From positions 96,001 through 160,000 of the forward strand of contig JAFATB010000013.1 of the NCBI GenBank assembly GCA_019244185.1: a stretch of 64,000 bases of DNA, written 5' to 3'. Shown here piece by piece: positions 50,894 to 59,784 of the stretch (its first letter is position 1; each line of letters begins with the position of its first letter). This stretch comes from Acidobacteriota bacterium (GTDB taxonomy: Bacteria; Acidobacteriota; Thermoanaerobaculia; Gp7-AA8). The position numbers were made by a program, and so were the translations under genes. The notes below the pieces were generated by a model that saw only the letters and a program-made list of their open reading frames with translations, did no database searches and was not told where the DNA came from.

Positions 50894-51435
50894 AGATCCG
50901 CGTCGCCACCGCCTCCGATCTCTCCGCCATCGATCGCGTGATGCGCGCCTCCATGCAGTCCCTCGGCGCCGCCTTCTACGACGAGCGCCAGCTCGCCAGC
51001 GCCGTCGCCTACATCGCGCAGCCCGATCACCACCTCGTCGACGACGGCACGTTCTACGTCGTGGAAGACGAAGACGGAACGATCGTCGCGTGCGGCGGCT
51101 GGAGCGCGCGCAGGAAACTCTTCACCGGTACCGACGCGCAGGCCGCGACCTCAGGCATGCTCAATCCCGCCACCGATCCCGCGCGCATCCGCGCGATGTT
51201 CGTCCACCCCGCCGCCGCCCGCCGCGGCCTCGGCCGCCTCATCCTCGAGACCGCCGAACGCGCCGCCCACGCCGCCGGCTTCACGCGCTGCGAGCTCATG
51301 GCCACGCTGCCCGGCGTCCCGCTGTATCGCGCCTGCGGCTACGAAGAGCTCGAGCCCACCGTCATTCGCCTGCCGGACGGGGTGGAGCTGGAGACGGTGC
51401 GGATGGGGAAGGGCGCGACGTCAGCAGGTACGTGA
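50890..51435 (+). CDS. GNAT acetyltransferase
   Basis: ARIRAMFVHP, RRGLG, ATLPGVPLY. Confidence 0.92.
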   Translation: MKIRVATASDLSAIDRVMRASMQSLGAAFYDERQLASAVAYIAQPDHHLVDDGTFYVVEDEDGTIVACGGWSARRKLFTGTDAQAATSGMLNPATDPARIRAMFVHPAAARRGLGRLILETAERAAHAAGFTRCELMATLPGVPLYRACGYEELEPTVIRLPDGVELETVRMGKGATSAGT

Positions 51436-51775
51436 AGATCCCGAATCCGACACCGATCGGGACGTAGCCAAAGAGCGCTTCATCGATGCGGCGGAAGCCG
51501 ATCCCGGCCAGCACGCCGACGCCGCCGAGGAGGAGCACCCAGGCGATCGCGCGCAGCGTGTCGCGGCGCCGTGCGATGTCGTTGGCTTCCTGCCACCGCA
51601 GCCACGCGAAAACCCGGTCGCGATCGTCCGCGTATTTGTCCAGCATCAGCCGCGACAACTCGTAGCGGTAAAACGACTCGCGCTCCTTGCGCCGCTGCGA
51701 CGCCCACCAGATCACGGAGAACGCGAGACACGACGAGACGATCGAGGAGATGGGAATCAGAACCTGCCACCGCAT
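51362..51775 (-). CDS. Small three-TM membrane protein (DUF6249-like)
   Basis: AAAGGA ribosome-binding site; TM, RRKERE charged stretch, two further TMs. Confidence 0.7.
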   Translation of the reverse strand: MRWQVLIPISSIVSSCLAFSVIWWASQRRKERESFYRYELSRLMLDKYADDRDRVFAWLRWQEANDIARRRDTLRAIAWVLLLGGVGVLAGIGFRRIDEALFGYVPIGVGFGIFTYLLTSRPSPSAPSPAPPRPAGE

Positions 51776-51799
51776 GGGCGATTTCCTTTCGAGCGGTGA

Positions 51800-51826
51800 G
51801 ACGCCGCCGCGCGCGATCGGGTTGCA
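51800..51826 (-). promoter_or_regulatory. ECF sigma promoter, copy driving the membrane protein gene
   Basis: TGCAAC-N17-CGTC(TCAC) on the - strand. Confidence 0.8.
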
Positions 51827-51836
51827 CGGGCGGCGA

Positions 51837-51863
51837 TGCAACCACTTCGCGGCGTGCGGCGTC
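51837..51863 (+). promoter_or_regulatory. ECF sigma autoregulatory promoter
   Basis: TGCAAC-N17-CGTC(CAAC) upstream of the sigma ATG. Confidence 0.8.
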
Positions 51864-51881
51864 CAACCGGAACGCTAAATC

Positions 51882-52406
51882 ATGAACGCCGACGAGCAGG
51901 ATGTTGCGGCCGTCCTCGCCGGCGACGTGGAGCGCTTCGAGGGAATCGTCGAACGCTGGCAGCGGCCGCTGGTGAACCTCGCGTACCGCTTCGTGCATGA
52001 CGAGGCGCGCGCCGAGGATCTGGCGCAGGAGGCGTTTCTGAAGTGCTTTCGTTCACTCGCGCAGTGGCGGCGCGACGCGGCGTTCTCGACGTGGCTGTTC
52101 TCGGTCGCGCTGAGCGTCTACCGCTCGAAGCTGCGGCGGCTCGAGCCGTTGCGCGTGGCGCTCGCGGAACTGGAGATCGACGATCGCATCGACGAGCGGC
52201 TGTACGAACGGCAGCGCGCGGAGCGCGTCCGGCGCGCGGTGGACGCGCTGCCGCCGCTCTTTCGCGAGCCGCTGATCGTGTTCTATTTTCAGGAGCAGGA
52301 CCTCGCGTCGACCGCACGCGTGCTCGGTCTGCGCGAGGGCACGCTCAAGGCGCGGCTGCATCGCGCGCGCGAGGCGCTGCGGGAGCGCCTGCGGGAGGTG
52401 TTGTGA
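51882..52406 (+). CDS. ECF RNA polymerase sigma factor
   Basis: AEDLAQEAF, FSTWL, GTLKARLHRAR. Confidence 0.95.
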   Translation: MNADEQDVAAVLAGDVERFEGIVERWQRPLVNLAYRFVHDEARAEDLAQEAFLKCFRSLAQWRRDAAFSTWLFSVALSVYRSKLRRLEPLRVALAELEIDDRIDERLYERQRAERVRRAVDALPPLFREPLIVFYFQEQDLASTARVLGLREGTLKARLHRAREALRERLREVL

Positions 52407-52726
52407 ACGACGAGATCGAACAGCTCATCGAGGACGTCCTCTCCGCGCCGCGCGCGATCGAGCCGTCGCCGGCGTTTGCGAAACGCGTGATAATCGCGGT
52501 GCAGCGCGAAGCAGCGCTGCCGCCGCTCGCATTTCCGTGGAAGCGCTTCGTCGCCGCGGTCGTGGCGTTCGTGCTCGGCATGGTGCTCGCGCTCGTCGGC
52601 GGTGATGCCGCGTCCGCGGCCGTGACGTCGCACCACGCGTGGCTGGGGCTCTTCGCGGCGGTGTCATGTTGCAGTCTCTTCGCGACGTTCTCCACCGCGA
52701 TGCCGGCTCGCCGCGGCGCGCGCTGA
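52403..52726 (+). CDS. Putative two-TM anti-sigma factor
   Basis: GTGA overlap with the sigma gene after GGAGG; EPSPAFAKRV motif then two TMs. Confidence 0.7.
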   Translation: MNDEIEQLIEDVLSAPRAIEPSPAFAKRVIIAVQREAALPPLAFPWKRFVAAVVAFVLGMVLALVGGDAASAAVTSHHAWLGLFAAVSCCSLFATFSTAMPARRGAR

Positions 52727-52753
52727 TGCAACCGCTTCGCGCAAGGCGGCGTC
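52727..52753 (+). promoter_or_regulatory. ECF sigma promoter, copy driving the serine hydrolase gene
   Basis: TGCAAC-N17-CGTC(TCAC), 10 nt before ATG 52764. Confidence 0.8.
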
Positions 52754-52763
52754 TCACGGCGCG

Positions 52764-54146
52764 ATGAAAACAATGCTCGCGCTCCTGCTGTTCGCTTGTT
52801 CACTTCGCGCCGCCGCACAACCATGGCGGCACTCGACGAAGGCGGCCGATGCCGGCTACGACGCCGCCGCGCTCGCGGAGACGCGTGCCGTCGCGGACGA
52901 GGCGCATTCGGCCGCGGTCTTCGCGGTCGCGGACGGACGCGTGATCGCCGCGTGGGGCGGGGTCGACCGCAAGCTCGAACTGCATTCGATGCGCAAAAGC
53001 ATCTACGCCGCGTTGTGGGGTATCGCGGAAGCGCGCGGTCTCGTGCGGCTCGACGCGACGCTCGCGGAGCTCGGCGTCGACGATCTGCAGGCGCTGACGG
53101 ACGAAGAGAAACGCGCACGCCTCATCGACCTGCTGCACGCCCGGTCCGGCGTCTATCATCCCGCCGCGTACGCGACCGCCGATCAGGAAGAAGCGCGGCC
53201 CGCGCGCGGCAGCCACGCCCGCGACACGTTCTGGTTCTACAACAACTGGGACTTCAACGTCGCCGGCGCGCTGCTCGAGCGCGTCACCGGCAAGCCGCTC
53301 GGCATCGTCATCGACGAATGGCTGGCGAAGCCGCTCGGCATGCAGGACTACGCGCCGTCCGACGTCTTCGCCGCGCTCGAGCCGCACGTGTCGCGCTGGC
53401 CGGCGCTCACGATCCGGATGTCCGCGCGTGACCTCGCGCGCTTCGGCGAGCTGTGGCTGAACGAAGGGCGCTGGAACGGACGCCAGCTCGTTCCGGCGGC
53501 GTACATCGCGCGCGCGTCGGCGCCGGCGTCGAGCACGGGCGCGCCCGGACAGGGCTACGCAATGATGTGGTGGACTTACGATGCCGGCTCGGTCGATGCG
53601 AAGCAGTATCCGAACGCTTCCCGCGTGCGCCTCCTGCTCGCGCGCGGCCTCGGCGGACACGTGCTCGCCATCGTGCCGGACGCGCACCTCGTCATCGTTC
53701 ATCGCGCAGACACCGATCACGGTCGTCGCGTCCCCGGCGCCGCGGTCTGGACGATCATCGACCGCATTCTCGGCGCGCGCCGCGGCGTCCCCATCCGCCG
53801 CGCGCGTGCGTCCGCGGTGCGCATCGAACCGTTCGCGAGCCAGCTCGCGCCGTTCGTCTGGCCGCACGCCGTCGCGATTTCTCCGCGTGCAATGCAGAAC
53901 GTCGCGGGCGACTACGAGCTGCGCCCCGGCGTTGTCGCGCACGTCTTCATCGAAGACGGCCGGCTCTTTGCCTCGATGCCGGGACGCGGCGAGGCCGAGC
54001 TTTTCGCGACCTCGCCCACGGATTTTTTCGTGCGCGTCGACGCGGGGACCACCATCCACTTCGATCTCGACGACGCCGGCGTCGCGGCACGCGTGCGCGT
54101 CACGATCGGCGGGAAGGAACTCGTGGCGCGCCGTATCCCTGTGTAA
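52764..54146 (+). CDS. Secreted serine hydrolase (beta-lactamase/PBP superfamily, class C-like) with a DUF3471-like C-terminus
   Basis: SMRK (SxxK), YNN, SARDLARFG, ARG.GG. Confidence 0.88.
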   Translation: MKTMLALLLFACSLRAAAQPWRHSTKAADAGYDAAALAETRAVADEAHSAAVFAVADGRVIAAWGGVDRKLELHSMRKSIYAALWGIAEARGLVRLDATLAELGVDDLQALTDEEKRARLIDLLHARSGVYHPAAYATADQEEARPARGSHARDTFWFYNNWDFNVAGALLERVTGKPLGIVIDEWLAKPLGMQDYAPSDVFAALEPHVSRWPALTIRMSARDLARFGELWLNEGRWNGRQLVPAAYIARASAPASSTGAPGQGYAMMWWTYDAGSVDAKQYPNASRVRLLLARGLGGHVLAIVPDAHLVIVHRADTDHGRRVPGAAVWTIIDRILGARRGVPIRRARASAVRIEPFASQLAPFVWPHAVAISPRAMQNVAGDYELRPGVVAHVFIEDGRLFASMPGRGEAELFATSPTDFFVRVDAGTTIHFDLDDAGVAARVRVTIGGKELVARRIPV

Positions 54147-54161
54147 AATAACTGCCTGTCC

Positions 54162-54845
54162 ATGCGGAAATTCATCGTCCCGTTGTTGCTCCTCCTCACG
54201 TCTGCCGTCTTCGCGTCTCCGGCGGCCTCGACGCGTCCCAACGATCGCGAGTGGTCGCTGATCGCGGCGGACTTTCAGTGGATCCAGACGCTGCGCGCGG
54301 CGCAGAAGCAGCCGGCGCCGAATTCGACGCGGAAGGAGCAGATCGAGCTGCTGCTCGAGAACCATCGCAAGATCGAGCCGACGTACGTCGCCTTCGTCGA
54401 CAAGGTGCGCGACTACTGGGAGCGCACGGGCGATCCGCGCGCGGCCACGTTGCTCGCGAACGAGAAGATCGCGCTCGGCGACGAATACATGAACGTTCTC
54501 TCGCGTTACGACAAAGCCATCGCGCTCTACCGCGCGGCGCTCGAGTTCGACGCGGCGAACAGCATCGCGCAGCAGCGCATCGCGCTGGCCGAGCAGAAGC
54601 GGTACGTGTCGATGAGCTCCTTCGCCACCGTGAAGACGGGGATGAAGGAAGAAGAAGTACGGAAGCTGGTCGGGTTGCCGCGCGAGGACTGGATCAAGCA
54701 GGTCGTCCAGAACAACCGCGTGTACTCGGTCTGGATTTACCCGAAGTCGGACGGCGGCGCCTCGGCGATCTACTTTGACAACGGCGTCGTCTATCACACA
54801 AACTGGAACGCTGCCGCGCCGCCGGCGCCAGCGACGTCGAAGTAG
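54162..54845 (+). CDS. Secreted TPR + SmpA/BamE-like domain protein
   Basis: Signal peptide, TPR (YDKAIALYRAALEFD), VKTGMKEEEVRKLVGLP...WIY. Confidence 0.75.
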   Translation: MRKFIVPLLLLLTSAVFASPAASTRPNDREWSLIAADFQWIQTLRAAQKQPAPNSTRKEQIELLLENHRKIEPTYVAFVDKVRDYWERTGDPRAATLLANEKIALGDEYMNVLSRYDKAIALYRAALEFDAANSIAQQRIALAEQKRYVSMSSFATVKTGMKEEEVRKLVGLPREDWIKQVVQNNRVYSVWIYPKSDGGASAIYFDNGVVYHTNWNAAAPPAPATSK

Positions 54846-54868
54846 TGATGTTCCGGGAGGACGAGAGG

Positions 54869-55585
54869 ATGGAAGAACAGCACACCGCCGACGATCAGTC
54901 GCACTACGAAATCTCGCTCACCGCCGGACAGGCGTTCATCGCCTTCGTCCTGCTGCTGCTCTCGCTCGCCGCGTCGTTCGCGTTCGGGCTGATGATCGGC
55001 AAGGGACAGGCCGACGAGCGGCTGGTGGTGCGCAAGGAAGCGCCGCCCGCCGTGACGGAGGCGAGCGTGCTGCCGAAGAAAAGCAGCGACGGCCACATCG
55101 TCGAGCTCGGCGTTGGCGACGACGACTTCCGCGCGCCGGCCACCAGCAGCACCGACACGTCTAACACCGACGCGAACGCCGCGACGGACAGCTCCGCAAC
55201 CGCGGCCGTGATCGAAGAGCCGTCCGCGACGACGACCGCGGCGCCTGCGCCGTCCACGAACACGCCTCCGGCGACGACGCCCGCGAGCACGACGCCGGCC
55301 ACGACGCCCGCGTCCCCGACGCCCGCTCCCGCGGCGGCCACACCGTCATCCGCGTCGACGCCGGTCTTCGCGCAGTTGCTCTCGACGTCCGACCAGAAGA
55401 CGGCGGAAGCGCTCGCCGCGAGGCTCATCAACCGCGGCTTCACGAGCGCGTACGTCGTGCGCGGCGCGACGGACAAAGGTTCCGTGTTCCGCGTGCGCGT
55501 GCGGTTCGGATCGGACGCGGAGGCGCGTGCGGCGGAGACGAAGCTGCACGAGTTCTCCAGCGACGTCTGGATCACGACGAAGTAG
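54869..55585 (+). CDS. SPOR-domain membrane protein (FtsN/DedD-like)
   Basis: N-terminal TM (SFAFGLMIG), Thr/Pro/Ala-rich linker, C-terminal AQL...FRVRVRF...A. Confidence 0.82.
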   Translation: MEEQHTADDQSHYEISLTAGQAFIAFVLLLLSLAASFAFGLMIGKGQADERLVVRKEAPPAVTEASVLPKKSSDGHIVELGVGDDDFRAPATSSTDTSNTDANAATDSSATAAVIEEPSATTTAAPAPSTNTPPATTPASTTPATTPASPTPAPAAATPSSASTPVFAQLLSTSDQKTAEALAARLINRGFTSAYVVRGATDKGSVFRVRVRFGSDAEARAAETKLHEFSSDVWITTK

Positions 55586-55603
55586 CGCGGGCAAGAAATG
55601 ATG

Positions 55604-55627
55604 CGCCGTCCGTTGCGGACGGCGTTA
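55604..55627 (+). terminator. Hairpin, possible terminator after the SPOR gene
   Basis: CGCCGTCCG-TTG-CGGACGGCG; weak U tail. Confidence 0.45.
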
Positions 55628-55639
55628 AACTGTTCCGGA

Positions 55640-55921
55640 ATGATGTCCGGCGTGATCCAGGGCTCGTTCCCTCACGGATTGCCCCGTCCGGCGCGGCCGC
55701 CGGTTCAGCGCAGCGCTGCGCCGATGCCGCCGCATGCGATGCCGCTTCCGCCGCAGCTGTCGACGCTGGTCGTGCGCGACGGCGGTCAGCCGCTACCGCC
55801 GCAGGTCCGGCAGCGCATGGAAGCGGCGTTCTCCGCGAGGTTCGACGACGTTCGCGTGCACATCTCGCCGCAGACGCAGGCCCTCGGCGCGGTCGCCCTT
55901 ACGCACGGCTCGCACATTCAC
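55640..55921 (+). pseudogene. 5' fragment of a DUF4157 (eCIS-core) domain gene
   Basis: GQPLPPQVRQRMEAAFSARFDDVRVH...ALGAVALTHGSHIH; breaks off before the HExxH motif. Confidence 0.75.
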
Positions 55922-56603
55922 GCACGACGCACGACAGCACGCGCGGCCACGTGCTCGCCATCAATCCCGGCGACGCGCACGACGGCCGCTCCGGCGCCGC
56001 GGGCGGCTTCGCGTATCGCATGCTCTACATCACGCCCGAACGCATGCGCTCCATCGCCGGCGACTTCGCCACGCGCACGCCGCTCGTGCGCGATCGCACG
56101 CTCGCGTGCGCCGTCGACGACGCATGGCGTGCCATGCATCACGACCCGCGGACGCTCGCCGCGGACGAGCTTCTCGAGCGCGCGCTCGTGCAGCTCGTGT
56201 CGAGCCACGGCGGCCTCGCGCCGTGCGTGTCGTCGCGTCTCGATCAAGCCGCGCTCACGCGCGTGCGCGAGCACCTCCACGCGCACCTCGGTGATCGCGT
56301 GCGTCTCGGCGAGCTCGCCGCGCTCGCGTCGATGAGCCGCTTCCAGCTGACGCGCCAGTCCAGCGCGCGTACGGCGTGCCGCTGCACGCGTATCACCTGC
56401 ACGTGCGTCTGCTCGAAGCGAAGCGGCGGCTGCGCGACGGCGCGCGCGTCGCGGCCGTCGCGGCGGAGCTCGGCTTCAGCGATCAGAGTCATCTCCATCG
56501 CCGTTTCAAAGGAACGTTCGGCGTGACGCCGGGAGAGTGGCGCCGCGCGACGGCGTCTGCCGGACTCGGCACGACCCTCGCTGGCATTGACGCTCATGGC
56601 TGA
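55921..56603 (+). pseudogene. AraC-family regulator lacking its N-terminus, with a 1-nt deletion near 56358
   Basis: HDSTRGHVLAINPGDAHDG...YRMLY cupin, LGELAALASMSRFQL, then a new frame with GFSDQSHLHRRFKGTFGVTPG. Confidence 0.8.
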
Positions 56604-57378
56604 CACATCCGATCCACTGCGCTCGAAGACGACCACGCCGGAGCTCGAACAGCTCCGCAGCGCGCAGGCGGCGAAGAAACGCCCCTCCGTCGATCCGACG
56701 CACATCCTCGACAAGGCGATCTACCAACTCTGGGAGACGATCAACGACCTCGATCAGATCCAGCCCGAGCGCGTGGAGCATTACCGCGTCTCGATCTTCG
56801 GCAGCTCGCGCATCCGCCGCGGCGATCCGATCTACGAAGAGGTCAAGAAGCTGAGCTTCGAGCTCGCGCGCCTGGGCGTCGACATCGTCACCGGCGGCGG
56901 TCCCGGTCTCATGGAAGCGGCGAACTCCGGCGCGCGCGAAGGACAGTCGGGCACGAACGCGCGCTCGTTCGGCCTGGCCATTCACCTGCCGACGGAAGAG
57001 TCGGCGAATCCATTCGTCGACAAGGTGTTCCGTCACCGCACGTTCTTCTCGCGGCTCCATCACTTCATCCGGCTCTCGTCCGCGTTCATCGTCGTGCCGG
57101 GCGGCATCGGCACGGCGCTCGAGCTCTTCATGGTGTGGCAGCTGCTGCAGGTCAAGCACATGAAGCAGCATCCGCTGATCCTCGTCGGTACAATGTGGCC
57201 CGGACTGATCGACTGGATCCGCGGGACGATGCTCGAACGCGGCCTCGTCAGTCCATCCGACTTCGACGTGATCAAGGTCGTCGGCTCCTCCGAAGAAGCC
57301 ATTCCGATCATCCGCGAGTCGTACGAACGATGGCAGCAGGAGGAACGAGGAAATGCCAACCCAGGAGCAGGTTCTTGA
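56596..57378 (+). CDS. LOG-family nucleotide phosphoribohydrolase
   Basis: SIFGSSR, TGGGPGLMEAAN, PGGIGTALE. Confidence 0.9.
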   Translation: MADTSDPLRSKTTTPELEQLRSAQAAKKRPSVDPTHILDKAIYQLWETINDLDQIQPERVEHYRVSIFGSSRIRRGDPIYEEVKKLSFELARLGVDIVTGGGPGLMEAANSGAREGQSGTNARSFGLAIHLPTEESANPFVDKVFRHRTFFSRLHHFIRLSSAFIVVPGGIGTALELFMVWQLLQVKHMKQHPLILVGTMWPGLIDWIRGTMLERGLVSPSDFDVIKVVGSSEEAIPIIRESYERWQQEERGNANPGAGS

Positions 57379-58486
57379 CGCGCTGAAGAAGGTCCGCTTT
57401 CCGGGCCTGTCGCGCGACATCGTGTCATTCGGATTCGTGCGCGACGCCGTGGTCGACGGCGGCGCGGTCTCTTTCACGATCCACTTTCAAACTGAGAATC
57501 CGACTGTCGGCCAGCAGATCGCGCGCGACGCGGAAGCCGCGGTGCGCGCGCTCGACGGCGTCACGGACGTCCGCGTGAACCTCGAGATCGGCGCGCGCCA
57601 GAGCGCCGCGACCGCCGGCCCGATGCCGGCCGGCCCGAATGCGCTCGAAGGCGTGAAGTACCGCATCGCCGTCGCGTCGGGCAAAGGCGGCGTCGGCAAG
57701 TCCACCGTGTCGACGAACCTCGCGCTCTCGCTGCGCGCGCTCGGCTTCACCGTCGGTTTGCTCGATGCGGATATTTACGGGCCGTCGCAGCAGATGATGC
57801 TCGGCATCAGCGGCAAGCCGCAGATCGACGAGACCGACGAGAAGATCCTGCCGATGGAGCGCCACGGCATCAAGACGATGTCCCTCGGCCTCATCACCGA
57901 AGCCGACACGCCGGTGATCTGGCGCGGGCCGATGGTCATGAAGGCCATCGATCAGTTCCTCACCGACGTGAAGTGGGGGACGCTCGACTTTCTCGTCATC
58001 GATCTGCCGCCCGGCACCGGCGACGCGCAGCTGACGCTGACGCAGAAGGCCGGCCTCACCGGCGCCGTCGTCGTCACGACGCCGCAGGACGTCGCGCTCA
58101 TCGACGCGCGCAAAGGCCTGGCGATGTTCCGCAAGGTGAATGTCCCCGTGCTCGGCATCGTCGAGAACATGAGCTACTTCATCTGCCGCCACTGCGGCGA
58201 GCGCGAAGAGATCTTCGGCCACGGCGGCGGGAAGAAGACCGCGGCCATGCTCGGCGTGCCTTTCCTCGGCGAAGTCCCGATCGATCCGAAGGTCGTCGTC
58301 GGCGGCGACACCGGCGAGCCGATCGTCGCGTCCGATCCCGACGCGCCCGCGGCGCAGGCGTTCCGCGAGCTCGCGCGTCAGGTCGTCGAGCAGCTCGAGT
58401 CAGGAATGGCCGGACATACGCACGGCCACGACCACGAGCACGACCATCATCACCACCACGATCACGACCACGCGCACACGCACTGA
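57353..58486 (+). CDS. mrp: Mrp/ApbC (NBP35-family) Fe-S carrier ATPase with a His-rich tail
   Basis: DUF59-like N-terminus, SGKGGVGKST, DADIYGPS, WRGPM, DLPPGTGD, ENMS..CRHC. Confidence 0.93.
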   Translation: MPTQEQVLDALKKVRFPGLSRDIVSFGFVRDAVVDGGAVSFTIHFQTENPTVGQQIARDAEAAVRALDGVTDVRVNLEIGARQSAATAGPMPAGPNALEGVKYRIAVASGKGGVGKSTVSTNLALSLRALGFTVGLLDADIYGPSQQMMLGISGKPQIDETDEKILPMERHGIKTMSLGLITEADTPVIWRGPMVMKAIDQFLTDVKWGTLDFLVIDLPPGTGDAQLTLTQKAGLTGAVVVTTPQDVALIDARKGLAMFRKVNVPVLGIVENMSYFICRHCGEREEIFGHGGGKKTAAMLGVPFLGEVPIDPKVVVGGDTGEPIVASDPDAPAAQAFRELARQVVEQLESGMAGHTHGHDHEHDHHHHHDHDHAHTH

Positions 58487-58498
58487 CGCCGCGCGCGT

Positions 58499-59020
58499 TT
58501 ACTTCCGCGCTTTCGCCGCACGCAGCGCGCTCACGAAGCGCGCCGCGTCGGCGGGCGCGAAGTTGCGCAGCTCATCGACGTGGTTGACCTTCAGCTCCTC
58601 GAAGACGCGCTCGTTCTTGTCGTTGAGCAACCGCAGCTCGTCGTTCGTGTAGTCGACGCTGCGGATCGACGCGATCGGGAACTCGAGCGACTTGCCGGTC
58701 GCGAATTTCACGCCGCCCATCACCGCCGCCTCGATGAGCCCTTCGAGAAAGCCTTTCTCTTCGCCGTCTTTCTTCTTCTCTTCCGACTTCATCTGCGCGA
58801 GCGCGCGATCGGTGAGCTGCACGGCCACGCTGTTCTCGAGCAACATGAGCGCGGTCATGCCGTCGCGCGAGACGATGGTGAGGCGCGCGTCGCGCAGCTC
58901 GCGGTGCGGTCCGACGCTCGTGCGCGAGTCCTTGACGCTGACGGACAGCGACAGGCCGTCCGCGTAGGCGACGCCGAGACATCCGAGGGAGACGAGCGCA
59001 ACCGCGAGGAACCGTTTCAT
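58499..59020 (-). CDS. Secreted hypothetical protein
   Basis: [20 protein letters not shown] signal peptide. Confidence 0.7.
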   Translation of the reverse strand: MKRFLAVALVSLGCLGVAYADGLSLSVSVKDSRTSVGPHRELRDARLTIVSRDGMTALMLLENSVAVQLTDRALAQMKSEEKKKDGEEKGFLEGLIEAAVMGGVKFATGKSLEFPIASIRSVDYTNDELRLLNDKNERVFEELKVNHVDELRNFAPADAARFVSALRAAKARK

Positions 59021-59029
59021 GAGTCGGTA

Positions 59030-59055
59030 TACGACTCCGCCGCGTGCTGGTTGCA
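59030..59055 (-). promoter_or_regulatory. Possible ECF promoter TGCAAC-N16-CGTA
   Basis: On the - strand, 9 nt before ATG 59020; resembles the three copies at 51.8-52.8 kb. Confidence 0.5.
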
Positions 59056-59083
59056 GCGGCACTTTGATATCTTGCGCGCCGCC

Positions 59084-59779
59084 ATGATCAACAAAGTCGT
59101 CGCTTCCGCCGCCGAAGCGGTGCAGGACGTCACCGATGGTTCGACGCTCGTCGTCGGCGGCTTCGGGCTCTGCGGCATTCCGGAAAACCTGATCAACGCG
59201 CTCGTCGAGAAGGGCGTCCGCGGCCTGACGTGCGTCTCGAACAACGCCGGCGTCGACGACTGGGGACTCGGCCTGCTCCTGCAGACGAAGCAGATCCGCA
59301 AGATGGTCTCGTCGTACGTCGGCGAAAACGCGGAGTTCGAGCGGCAATACCTCGCCGGCGAGCTCGAAGTGGAGTTCGTTCCGCAGGGCACGCTCGCCGA
59401 GCGCATGCGCGCGGGCGGCGCCGGCATCCCGGCCTTCTACACGCCCGCGGGCTACGGCACGATCGTCGCCGAAGGCAAAGAAACGCGCACATTCGACGGC
59501 CGGCCGTACGTCATGGAACGCGGCATCGTCGGCGACTTCTCGCTCGTCGCCGCCTGGCGCGGCGATCGCCTCGGCAATCTCGTCTACCGCAAGACCGCGC
59601 GCAACTTCAATCCGATGGCCGCGACCGCGGGAAAGATCTGCGTCGCCGAAGTCGAGGAGCTCGTCGAGCCGGGCGAGCTCGAGCCCGACGGCATTCACAC
59701 GCCGGGCATCTTCGTCCATCGCGTGGTCGTCGCGCCGCGCCAGAAACGCATCGAGCAGCGCACCGTCAGGAAGGGATAA
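59084..59779 (+). CDS. scoA: 3-oxoacid CoA-transferase subunit A
   Basis: [30 protein letters not shown]. Confidence 0.93.
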   Translation: MINKVVASAAEAVQDVTDGSTLVVGGFGLCGIPENLINALVEKGVRGLTCVSNNAGVDDWGLGLLLQTKQIRKMVSSYVGENAEFERQYLAGELEVEFVPQGTLAERMRAGGAGIPAFYTPAGYGTIVAEGKETRTFDGRPYVMERGIVGDFSLVAAWRGDRLGNLVYRKTARNFNPMAATAGKICVAEVEELVEPGELEPDGIHTPGIFVHRVVVAPRQKRIEQRTVRKG

Positions 59780-59784
59780 CGCCG

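Noticed and set aside
55226-55360. ACGACGCC-type short repeats
   Set aside because: They encode the Thr/Pro/Ala linker of the SPOR protein; no constant repeat-spacer structure.
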